Shown piece by piece: positions 14,100-26,500 of a stretch of 64,000 nt of DNA (position 1 is its first letter; every line of letters starts with the position of its first letter). Made by a program: the position numbers and the translations under genes. Source of the stretch: Eledone cirrhosa (Eukaryota). The notes below the pieces were generated by a model. The model was not told where the DNA came from and did not search any database. It saw only the letters and a list, made by a program, of their open reading frames with translations. Location: assembly GCA_964016885.1 (NCBI GenBank), contig OZ024740.1, positions 25,668,001-25,732,000 of the forward strand. Direction: 5' to 3'.

Positions 14100-17000
14100 A
14101 GTTACTTTATTGTAGTTGTAGTTACTTCTATTGTAGTTGTAGATACTTCTATTGTAGTTGTAGGTACTTCTATTGTAGTTGTAGTTACTTCTATTGTAGT
14201 TGTAGTTACTTCTATTGTAGTTGTAGTTACTTCTATTGTAGTTGTAGTTACTTTATTGTAGTTGTAGTTACTTGTATTGTAGTTGCAGTTACTTCTATTG
14301 TAGTTGTAGTTACTTCTATTGTAGTTGTAGATACTTCTATTGTAGTTGTAGTTACTTCTATTGTAGTTGTAGTTACTTCTATTGTAGTTGTAGTTACTTC
14401 TATTGTAGTTGTAGTTACTTCTATTGTAGTTGTTGTTACTTCTATTGTAGTTGTAGTTATGTCTATTGTAGTTGTAGTTACTTCTATTGTAGTTGTAGTT
14501 ACTTCTATTGTATTTGTAGTTACTTCTATTGTAGTTGTAGTTACTTCTATTGTAGTTGTAGTTACTTCTATTGTAGCTGTAGTTACTTCTATTGTAGTTG
14601 TAGTTATTTCTATTGTAGTTGTAGTTACTTCTCTTGTAGTTGTAGTTACTTCTATTGTAGTTGTAGTTACTTCTCTTTTAGTTGTAGATACTTCTGTTGT
14701 AGATACATCTATTGTAGTTGTAGGTACTTCTATTGTAGTTGTAGTTACTTCTATTGTAGTTGTAGTTACTTCTATTGTAGTTGTAGTTACTTCTATTGTA
14801 GCTGTAGTTACTTCTATTGTAGTTGTAGTTATTTCTATTGTAGTTGTAGTGACTTTATTGTAGTTGTAGTTACTTCTCTTGTAGTTGTAGTTACTTCTAT
14901 TGTAGTTGTAGTTACTTCTCTTTTAGTTGTAGATACTTCTGTTGTAGATACATCTATTGTAGTTGTAGGTACTTCTATTGTAGTTGTAGTTACTTCTATT
15001 GTAGTTGTAGTTACTTTATTGTAGTTGTAGTTACTTGTATTGTAGTTGTAGTTACTTCTATTGTAGTTGTAGTTACTACTATTGTAGTTGTAGTTATTTA
15101 TATTGTAGTTGTAGTTTGTTCTATTGTAGTTGTAGTTACTTCTATCGTAGGTGTAGTTACTTCTATTGTAGTTGTAGTTACTTCTATTGTAGTTGTAGAT
15201 ACTTCTATTGTAGTTGTAGTTACTTCTATTGTAGTTGTAGATACTTCTATTGTAGTTGTAGATACTTCTATTGTAGATGTAGATACTTCTATTATAGTTG
15301 TAGTTACTTCTATTGTAGTTGTAGTTACTTCTATTGTAGTTGTAGTTACTTCTATTGTAGATGTAGATACTTCTATTGCAGTTGTAGTTACTTCTATTGT
15401 AGTTGTAGTTACTTCTATTGTAGTTGTAGTTACTTCTATTGTAGTTGTAGAAGCTTCTATTGTAGATGTTGTTACTCCTATTGTAGTTGTAGTTACTTCT
15501 ATTGTAGTTGTAGTTACTTCTATTGTAGTTGTAGTTACTTCTATTGTAGTTGTAGTTACTTCTATTGTAGTTGTAGATACTCCCATTGTAGTTGTAGTTA
15601 CTTCTATTGTAGTTGTAGATACTTCTATTGTAGTTGTAGTTATTTCTATTGTAGTTGTAGTTACTTCTCGTGTAGTTGTAGTTACTTCTATTGTAGTTGT
15701 AGTTACTTCTATTGTAGTTGTAGTTATTACTATTGTAGTTGTAGTTACTTCTATTGTAGTTGTAGTTACTTCTATTGAATTTGTAGTTACTTCTATTGTA
15801 GTTGTAGTTACTTCTATTGTAGTTGTAGTTATTTCTATTGTAGTTGTAGTTACTTCTATTGTAGTTGTAGTTACTTTATTGTAGTTGTAGTTACATCTAT
15901 TGTAGTTGTAGATACTTCTATTGTAGTTGTAGGTACTTCTATTGTAGTTGTAGTTACTTCTATTGTAGTTGTAGTTACTTCTATTGTAGTTGTAGTTACT
16001 TCTATTGTAGTTGTAGTTACTTTATTGTAGTTGTAGTTACTTGTATTGTAGTTGTAGTTACTTCTATTGTAGTTGTAGTTACTTCTATTGTAGTTGTAGA
16101 TACTTCTATTGTAGTTGTAGATACTTCTATTGTAGTTATAGTTACTTCTATTGTAGTTGTAGTTACTTCTATTGTCGTTGTAGTTACTTCTATTGTAGTT
16201 GTAGTTACTTCTATTGTAGTTGTTGTTACTTCTATTGTAGTTGTAGTTATGTCTATTGTAGTTGTAGTTACTTCTATTGTAGTTGTAGTTACTTCTATTG
16301 TATTTGTAGTTACTTCTATTGTAGTTGTAGTTACTTCTATTGTAGTTGTAGTTACTTCTATTGTAGCTGTAGTTACTTCTATTGTAGTTGTAGTTATTTC
16401 TATTGTAGTTGTAGTTACTTCTCTTGTAGTTGTAGTTACTTCTATTGTAGTTGTAGTTACTTCTCTTTTAGTTGTAGATACTTCTGTTGTAGATACATCT
16501 ATTGTAGTTGTAGGTACTTCTATTGTAGTTGTAGTTACTTCTATTGTAGTTGTAGTTACTTCTATTGTAGTTGTAGTTACTTCTATTGTAGCTGTAGTTA
16601 CTTCTATTGTAGTTGTAGTTATTTCTATTGTAGTTGTAGTGACTTTATTGTAGTTGTAGTTACTTCTCTTGTAGTTGTAGTTACTTCTATTGTAGTTGTA
16701 GTTACTTCTCTTTTAGTTGTAGATACTTCTGTTGTAGATACATCTATTGTAGTTGTAGGTACTTCTATTGTAGTTGTAGTTACTTCTATTGTAGTTGTAG
16801 TTACTTTATTGTAGTTGTAGTTACTTGTATTGTAGTTGTAGTTACTTCTATTGTAGTTGTAGTTACTACTATTGTAGTTGTAGTTATTTCTTTTGTAGTT
16901 GTAGTTTGTTCTATTGTAGTTGTAGTTACTTCTATCGTAGGTGTAGTTACTTCTATTGTAGTTGTAGTTACTTCTATTGTAGTTGTAGATACTTCTATTG

Positions 17001-17500
17001 TAGTTGTAGTTAATTCTATTGTAGTTGTAGATACTTCTATTGTAGTTGTAGATACTTCTATTGTAGATGTAGATACTTCTATTATAGTTGTAGTTACTTC
17101 TATTGTAGTTGTAGTTACTTCTATTGTAGTTGTAGTTACTTCTATTGTAGTTGTAGATACTTCTATTGCAGTTGTAGTTACTTCTATTGTAGTTGTAGTT
17201 ACTTCTATTGTAGTTGTAGTTACTTCTATTGTAGTTGTAGATACTCCCATTGTAGTTGTAGTTACTTCTATTGTAGTTGTAGATACTTCTATTGTAGTTG
17301 TAGTTATTTCTATTGTAGTTGTAATTACTTCTCTTGTAGTTGTAGTTACTTCTATTGTAGTTGTAGTTACTTCTATTGTAGTTGTAGTTATTACTATTGT
17401 AGTTGTAGTTACTTCTATTGTAGTTGTAGTTACTTCTATTGAATTTGTAGTTACTTCTATTGTAGTTGTAGTTACTTCTATTGTAGTTGTAGTTATTTCT
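14100..17500. repeat. Higher-order repeat block 3, two copies with a period of about 1770-1790 bp
   Basis: The private variant ATGTCTATT is at 14459/16249, and ORF-track starts pair at 15035/16825 (1790) and 14272/16041 (1769). The period fits 1790 = 86x21 - 4x1 - 2x6. Confidence 0.9.
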
Positions 17501-17759
17501 ATTGTAGTTGTAGTTACTTCTATTGTAGTTGTAGTTACTTCTATTGTAGTTGTAGTTACTTCTATTGTAGTTGTAGTTATTTCTATTGTAGTTGTAGTTA
17601 CTTCTATTGTAGTTGTAATTATTTCTATTGTAGTTGTAGTTACTTCTCTTGTAGTTGTAGTTAGTTCTATTGTAGTTGTAGTTACTTCTATTGTAGTTGT
17701 AGTTACTTCTATGGTAGTTGTTGTTACTTCTATTGTAGTTGTGGTTATTTCAATTGTAG

Positions 17760-20500
17760 TTGTAGTTACTTCTATTGTAGTTGTAGTTACTTCTATTGTA
17801 GTTGTAGTTACTTCTATTGTAGTTGTAGTTACTTCTATTGTAGTTGTAGTTACTTCTATTGTAGTTGTAGTTATTTCTATTGTAGTTGTAGTTACTTCTA
17901 GTGTAGTTGTAGTTACTTCTATTGTATTTGTAGTTACTTCTCTTGTAGTTGTAGTTACTTCTATTGTACTTGTAGTTATTTCTATTGTAGTTGTAGTTAT
18001 TTCTATTGTAGTTGTAGTTACTTCTATTGTAGTTGTAGTTACTTCTAATGTAGTTGTAGTTACTTCTATTGTATTTGTAGTTACTTCTATTGTAGTTGTA
18101 GTTACTTCTATTGTAGTTGTAGTTATTTCTATTGTAGTTGTAGTTACTTCTATTGTAGTTGTAGTTACTTCTATTGTAGTTGTAGTTACTTCTATTGTAG
18201 TTGTAGTTACTTCTATTGTAGTTGTAGTTACTTCTATTGTAGTTGTAGTTATTTCTATTGTAGATGTAGTTACTTCTATTGTAGTTGTAGTTACTTCTAG
18301 TGTAGTTGTAGTTACTTCTATTGTAGTTGTAGTTATTTCTATTGTAGTTGTAGTTACTTCTCTTGTAGTTGTAGTTACTTCTATTGTAGTTGTAGTTACT
18401 TCTATTGTAGTTGTAGATACTCCTATTGTAGTTGTAGATACTTCTATTGTTGTTGTAGTTACTTCTATTGTAGTTGTAGTTACTGCTATTGTAGTTGTAG
18501 TTATTTCTATGTAGTTGTAGTTACTTCTATTGTAGTTGTAGTTATTTCTATTGTAGTTGTAGATACTCCTATTGTAGTTGTAGATACTTCTATTGTAGAT
18601 GTAGATACTTCTATTGTAGTTGTAGAAGCTTCTATTGTAGATGTTGTTACTCCTATTGTAGTTGTAGTTACTTCTATTGTAGTTGTAGTTAATTCTATTG
18701 TAGTTGTAGTTACTTCTATTGTAGTTGTAGTTACTTCTATTGTAGTTGTAGTTATTTCTATTGTAGTTGTAGTTACTTCTATTGTAGTTGTAGATACTTC
18801 GGTTGTAGTTACTTCTCTTTTAGTTGTAGATACTTCTGTTGTAGATACATCTCTTGTAGTTGTAGTTACTTCTATTGTAGTTGTAGTTACTTCTATTGTA
18901 GTTGTAGTTACTTCTATTTTAGTTGTAGTTACTTTATTGTAGTTGTAGTTACTTGTATTGTAGTTGTAGTTACTTCTATTGTAGATGTAGATACTTCTAT
19001 TATAGTTGTAGTTACTTCTATTGTAGTTGTAGTTACTTCTATTGTAGTTGTAGTTACTTCTATTGTAGTTGTAGTTATTTCTATTGTAGTTGTAGTTACT
19101 TCTATTGTAGTTGTAGTTACTTCTATTGTAGTTGTAGTTACTTCTATTGTAGTTGTAGTTACTTCTATTGTAGTTGTAGTTACTTCTATTGTAGTTGTAG
19201 TTATTTCTATTGTAGTTGTAGTTACTTCTATTGTAGTTGTAGTTACTTCTAGTGTAGTTGTAGTTACTTCTATTGTATTTGTAGTTACTTCTCTTGTAGT
19301 TGTAGTTACTTCTATTGTACTTGTAGTTATTTCTATTGTAGTTGTAGTTATTTCTATTGTAGTTGTAGTTACTTCTATTGTAGTTGTAGTTACTTCTATT
19401 GTAGTTGTAGTTACTTCTATTGTATTTGTAGTTACTTCTATTGTAGTTGTAGTTACTTCTATTGTAGTTGTAGTTATTTCTATTGTAGTTGTAGTTACTT
19501 CTATTGTAGTTGTAGTTACTTCTATTGTAGTTGTAGTTACTTCTATTGTAGTTGTAGTTACTTCTATTGTAGTTGTAGTTACTTCTATTGTAGTTGTAGT
19601 TATTTCTATTGTAGTTGTAGTTACTTCTATTGTAGTTGTAGTTACTTCTAGTGTAGTTGTAGTTACTTCTATTGTAGTTGTAGTTACTTCTCTTGTAGTT
19701 GTAGTTACTTCTATTGTACTTGTAGTTATTTCTATTGTAGTTGTAGTTATTTCTATTGTAGTTGTAGTTACTTCTCTTGTAGTTGTAGTTACTTCTATTG
19801 TAGTTGTAGTTATTTCTATTGTAGTTGTAGTTACTTCTCTTGTAGTTGTAGTTACTTCTATTGTAGTTGTAGTTACTTCTATTGTAGTTGTAGATACTCC
19901 TATTGTAGTTGTAGATACTTCTATTGTTGTTGTAGTTACTTCTATTGTAGTTGTAGTTACTGCTATTGTAGTTGTAGTTATTTCTATTGTAGTTGTAGTT
20001 ACTTCTATTGTAGTTGTAGTTATTTCTATTGTAGTTGTAGATACTCCTATTGTAGTTGTAGATACTTCTATTGTAGATGTAGATACTTCTATTGTAGTTG
20101 TAGAAGCTTCTATTGTAGATGTTGTTACTCCTATTGTAGTTGTAGTTACTTCTATTGTAGTTGTAGTTAATTCTATTGTAGTTGTAGTTACTTCTATTGT
20201 AGTTGTAGTTACTTCTATTGTAGTTGTAGTTATTTCTATTGTAGTTGTAGTTACTTCTATTGTAGTTGTAGATACTTCGGTTGTAGTTACTTCTCTTTTA
20301 GTTGTAGATACTTCTGTTGTAGATACATCTCTTGTAGTTGTAGTTACTTCTATTGTAGTTGTAGTTACTTCTATTGTAGTTGTAGTTACTTCTATTTTAG
20401 TTGTAGTTACTTTATTGTAGTTGTAGTTACTTGTATTGTAGTTGTAGTTACTTCTATTGTAGATGTAGATACTTCTATTATAGTTGTAGTTACTTCTATT
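17760..20500. repeat. Higher-order repeat block 4, two copies with a period of about 1.35-1.48 kb
   Basis: AAGCTT is at 18626/20104, the private 15-bp monomer TTCGGTTGTAGTTAC at about 18798/20276, and ORF starts at 18953/20431. All are 1478 apart (71x21-13). Confidence 0.9.
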
Positions 20501-20549
20501 GTAGTTGTAGTTACTTCTATTGCAGTTGTAGTTACTTCTATTGTAGTTG

Positions 20550-23500
20550 TAGTTACTTCTATTGTAGTTGTAGTTTGTTCTATTGTAGTTGTAGTTACTT
20601 CTATTGTAGTTGTAGTTACTTCTATTGCAGTTGTAGTTACTTCTATTGTAGTTGTAGTTACTTCTATTATAATTGTAGATACTTCTATTGTAGTTGTAGT
20701 TACTTCTATTGTAGTTGTAGTTACTTCTATTGTAGTTGTAGTTACTTCTATTGTAGTTGTAGTTACTTCTATTGTAGTTGTAGTTATTTCTATTGTAGTT
20801 GTAGTTATTTCTATTGTAGTTGTAGTTACTTCTATTGTAGTTGTAGTTACTTCTATTGTAGTTGTAGTTATTTCTATTGTAGTTGTAGTTATTTCTATTG
20901 TAGTTGTAGTTACTTCTATTGTAGTTGTAGTTATTTCTATTGTAGTTGTAGTTACTTCTCTTGTAGTTGTAGTTACTCCTATTGTAGTTGTAGTTACTTC
21001 TATTGTAGTTGTAGTTACTTCTCTTGTAGTTGTAGTTACTTCTATTGTACTTGTAGTTATTTCTATTGTAGTTGTAGTTATTTCTATTGTAGTTGTAGTT
21101 ACTTCTCTTGTAGTTGTAGTTACTTCTATTGTAGTTGTAGTTACTTCTATTGTAGTTGTAGTTATTTCTATTGTAGTTGTAGTTACTTCTATTGTAGTTG
21201 TAGTTACTTCTATTGTAGTTGTAGTTACTTCTATTGTAGTTGTAGTTACTTCTATTGTAGTTGTAGTTACTTCTATTGTAGTTGTAGTTATTTCTATTGT
21301 AGTTGTAGTTATTTCTATTGTAGTTGTAGTTACTTCTATTGTAGTTGTAGTTACTTCTATTGTAGTTGTAGTTATTTCTATTGTAGTTGTAGTTACTGCT
21401 ATTGTAGTTGTAGTTATTTCTATTGTAGTTGTAGATACTTCCATTGTAGTTGTAGTTATTTCTATTGTAGTTGTAGATACTTCTATTGTAGATGTAGATA
21501 CTTCTATTGTAGTTGTAGAAGCTTCTATTGTAGATGTTGTTACTCCTATTGTAGTTGTAGTTACTTCTATTGTAGTTGTAGTTAATTCTATTGTAGTTGT
21601 AGTTACTTTATTGTAGTTGTAGTTACTTCTATTGTAGTTGTAGATACTCCCATTGTAGTTGTAGTTACTTCTATTGTAGTTGTAGATACTTCTATTGTAG
21701 TTGTAGTTACTTCTATTGTAGTTGTAGTTACTTCTATTGTAGTTGTAGTTACTTCTATTGTAGTTGTAGTTACTTCTATTGTAGTTGTAGATACTCCCAT
21801 TGTAGTTGTAGTTACTTCTATTGTAGTTGTAGATACTTCTATTGTAGTTGTAGTTATTTCTATTGTAGTTGTAGTTACTTCTATTGTAGTTGTAGTTACT
21901 TCTATTGTAGTTGTAGTTACTTCTATTGTAGTTGTAGTTACTTCTATTGTAGTTGTAGTTATTTCTATTGTAGTTGTAGTTACTTCTCTTGTAGTTGTAG
22001 TTACTTCTATTGTAGTTGTAGGTACTTCTATTGTAGTTGTAGTTACTTCTATTGTAGTTGTAGATACTCCCATTGTAGTTGTAGTTACTTCTATTGTAGT
22101 TGTAGATACTTCTATTGTAGTTGTAGTTATTTCTATTGTAGTTGTAGTTACTTCTCTTGTAGTTGTAGTTACTTCTATTGTAGTTGTAGTTACTTCTATT
22201 GTAGTTGTAGTTACTTCTATTGTAGTTGTAGTTACTTCTATTGTAGTTGTAGTTACTTCTATTGAATTTGTAGTTACTTCTATTGTAGTTGTAGTTACTT
22301 CTATTGTAGTTGTAGTTATTTCTATTGAATTTGTAGTTACTTCTATTGTAGTTGTAGTTACTTCTATTGTAGTTGTAGTTACTTCTATTGAATTTGTAGT
22401 TACTTCTATTGTAGTTGTAGTTACTTCTATTGTAGTTGTAGTTATTTCTATTGTAGTTGTAGTTACTTCTATTGTAGTTGTAGTTACTTCTATTGTAGTT
22501 GTAGTTACTTCTATTGTAGTTGTAGTTACTTCTATTGTAGTTGTAGTTACTTCTATTGTAGTTGTAGTTACTTCTATTGTAGTTGTAGTTACTTCTATTG
22601 TAGTTGTAGTTACTTCTATTGTAGTTGTAGTTACTTCTATTGTAGTTGTAGTTACTTCTATTGTAGTTGTAGTTATTTCTATTGTAGTTGTAGTTACTTC
22701 TATTGTAGTTGTAGTTACTTCTATTGTAGTTGTAGTTACTTCTATTGTAGTTGTAGTTACTTCTCTTGTAGTTGTAGTTACTTCTATTGTACTTGTAGTT
22801 ATTTCTATTGTAGTTGTAGTTACTTCTCTTGTAGTTGTAGTTACTTCTATTGTAGTTGTAGTTACTTCTATTGTAGTTGTAGTTACTTCTATTGTAGTTG
22901 TTGTTACTTCTATTGTAGTTGTAGTTATTTCTATTGTAGTTGTAATTACTTCTATTGTAGTTGTAGTTACTTCTATTGTAGTTGTAGTTACTTCTATTGT
23001 AGTTGTAGTTACTTCTATTGTAGTTGTAGTTACTTCTATTGTAGTTGTAGTTACTTCTATTGTAGTTGTAGTTACTTCTATTGTAGTTGTAGTTACTTCT
23101 ATTGTAGTTGTAGTTACTTCTATTGTAGTTGTAGTTACTTCTATTGTAGTTGTAGTTACTTCTCTTGTAGTTGTAGTTACTTCTATTGTAGTTGTAGTTA
23201 CTTCTATTGTAGTTGTAGTTACTTCTATTGTAGTTGTAGTTACTTCTATTGTAGTTGTAGTTACTTCTATTGTAGTTGTAGTTATTTCTATTGTAGTTGT
23301 AGTTACTTCTCTTGTAGTTGTAGTTACTTCTATTGTAGTTGTAGTTATTTCTATTGTAGTTGTAGTTACTTCTCTTGTAGTTGTAGTTACTTCTATTGTA
23401 GTTGTAGTTATTTCTATTGTAGTTGTAGTTACTTCTATTGTAGTTGTAGTTACTTCTATTGTAGTTGTAGTTACTTCTATTTTAGTTGTAGTTACTTTAT

Positions 23501-26500
23501 TGTAGTTGTAGTTACTTGTATTGTAGTTGTAGTTACTTCTATTGTAGATGTAGATACTTCTATTATAGTTGTAGTTACTTCTATTGTAGTTGTAGTTACT
23601 TCTATTGCAGTTGTAGTTACTTCTATTGTAGTTGTAGTGACTTCTATTATAATTGTAGATACTTCTATTGTAGTTGTAGTTACTTCTATTGTAGTTGTAG
23701 TTACTTCTATTGTAGTTGTAGTTACTTCTATTGTAGTTGTAGTTACTTCTATTGTAGTTGTAGTTATTTCTACTGTAGTTGTAGTTACTTCTATTGTAGT
23801 TGTAGTTACTTCTATTGTAGTTGTAGTTACTTCTATTGTAGTTGTAGTTACTTCTATTATAGTTGTAGTTACTTCTCTTGTAGTTGTAGTTACTTCTAGT
23901 GTAGTTGTAGTTACTTCTATTGTATTTTGTAGTTACTTCTATTGTAGTTGTAGTTACTTCTCTTGTAGTAGTAGTCACTTGTATTGTAGTGGTAATTAAG
24001 TCTATTGTAGTTGTAGTTACTTCTATTGTAGTTGTAGTTACTTCTATTGTAGATGTAGTTACTTCTATTGTAGTTGTAGATTATTCTATTGTAGTTGTAG
24101 TTACTCCTATTGTAGTTGTAGATACTTCTATTGCAGTTGTAGTTACTTCTATTGTAGTTGTAGTTACTTCTATTGTAGTTGTAGTTACTTCTATTGTAGA
24201 TGTAGATACTTCTATTGTAGTTGTATATACTTGTATTGTAGTTGTAGATACTTCTATTGTAGATGTAGATACTTCTATTGTAGTTGTAGTTACTTCTATT
24301 GTAGTTGTAGTTACTCTTATTGTAGTTGTAGATACTTCTATTGTAGTTGTAGTTACTTCTATTGTAGTTGTAGTTACTTCTATTGTAGTTGTAGATACTT
24401 CTATTGTAGATGTAGATACTTCTATTGTAGTTGTAGTTACTTCTATTGTAGTTGTAGTTACTTCTATTGTAGTTGTAATTACTTCTATTGTAGTTGTAGA
24501 TACTTTTATTGTAGTTGTAGATACTTCTATTGTAGTTGTATATACTTGTATTGTAGTTGTAGTTACTTCTATTGTAGTTGTAGTTACTTCTATTGTAGTT
24601 GTAGTTACTTCTATTGTAGATGTAGATACTTCTATTGTAGTTGTAGATACTTCTATTGTAGTTGTATATACTTGTATTGTAGTTGTAGTTACTTCTATTG
24701 TAGTTGTAGTTACTTCTATTGTAGTTGTAGTTACTTCTATTGTAGTTGTAGTTACTTCTATTGTAGATGTAGATACTTCTATTGTAGTTGTAGATACTTC
24801 TATTGTAGTTGTATATACTTGTATTGTAGTTGTAGTTACTTCTATTGTAGTTGTAGTTACTTCTATTGTAGTTGTAGTTACTTATATTGTAGTTGTAGTT
24901 ACTTCTATTGTAGTTGTAGTTACTTCTATTGTAGTTGTAGTTACTTCTATTGTAGTTGTAGATACTTCTATTGTAGTTGTATATACTTGCATTGTAGTTG
25001 TAGATACTTCTTTTGTAGATGTAGATACTTCTATTGTAGTTGTTGTTACTTCTATTGTAGTTGTACTTACTTCTATTGTAGTTGTAGTTACTTCTATTGT
25101 AGTTGTAGTTACTTCTATTGTAGTTGTAGATACTTCTATTGTAGTTGTATATACTTGTATTGTAGTTGTAGTTACTTCTATTGTAGTTGTATTTACTTCT
25201 ATTGTAGTTGTAGTTACTTCTATTGTAGTTGTAGTTACTTCTATTGTAGTTGTAGTTACTTCTATTGTAGTTGTAGATACTCCTATTGTAGTTGTAGTTA
25301 CTTCTATTGTAGTTGCAGTTACTTCTATTGTAGTTGTAGATAGTCCTATTGTAGTTGTAGTTACTTCTATTGTAGTTGCAGTTACTTCTATTGTAGTTGT
25401 AGTTACTTCTATTGTAGTTGTAGTTATTTCTATTGCAGTTGTAGATACTTCTATTGTAGTTGTAGATACTTCTATTGTAGATGTAGATACTTATATTGTA
25501 GTTGTAGAAGCTTCTATTGTAGTTGTAGTTATTTCTATTGTAGGTGTAGTTACTTCTATTGTAGTTGTAGTTACTTCTATTGTAGTTGTAGTTACTTCTA
25601 TTGTAGTTGTAGTTACTTCTATTGTAGTTGTAGTTACTTCTATTGTAGTTGTAGTTACTTCTATTGTAGTTGTAGTTACTTCTATTGTAGTTGTAGTTAC
25701 TTCTATTGTAGTTCTAGTTACTTCTATTGTACTTGTAGTTATTTCTATTGTAGTTCTAGTTATTTCTATTGTAGTTGTAGTTACTTCTCTTGTAGTTGTA
25801 GTTACTTCTATTGTAGTTGTAGTTATTTCTTTTGTAGTTGTAGTTACTTCTATTGTAGTTGTATTTACTTCTAGTGTAGTTGTAGTTACTTCTATTGTAG
25901 TTGTAGTTACTACTATTGTAGTTGTAGTTACTTCTATTGTAGTTGCAGTTACTTCTATTGTAGTTGTAGATACTCCTATTGTAGTTGTAGTTACTTCTAT
26001 TGTAGTTGCAGTTACTTCTATTGTAGTTGCAGTTACTTCTATTGTAGTTGTAGTTATTTCTATTGCAGTTGTAGATACTCCTATTGTAGTTTTAGATACT
26101 TCTATTGTAGATGTAGATACTTATATTGTAGTTGTAGAAACTTCTATTGTAGTTGTAGTTATTTCTATTGTAGGTGTAGTTACTTCTATTGTAGTTGTAG
26201 TTACTTCTATTGTAGTTGTAGTTATTTCTATTGTAGTTGTAGTTACTTCTATTGTAGTTGTAGTTACTTCTAGTGTAGTTGTAGTTACTTCTATTGTAGT
26301 TGTAGTTACTTCTCTTGTAGTTGTAGTTACTTCTATTGTACTTGTAGTTATTTATATTGTAGTTGTAGTTATTTCTATTGTAGTTGTAGTTACTTCTCTT
26401 GTAGTTGTAGTTACTTCTATTGTAGTTGTAGTTATTTCTATTGTAGTTGTAGTTACTTCTCTTGTAGTTGTAGTTACTTCTATTGTAGTTGTAGTTACTG

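Noticed and set aside
20431-21585. Cys/Tyr-rich (YCSCSYF)n ORFs as metallothionein or keratin-associated proteins
   Set aside because: This is an alternative frame of the same satellite. The frequent TAC>TAT variant is synonymous here, but TGA, TAA and TAG stops interrupt the frame repeatedly.
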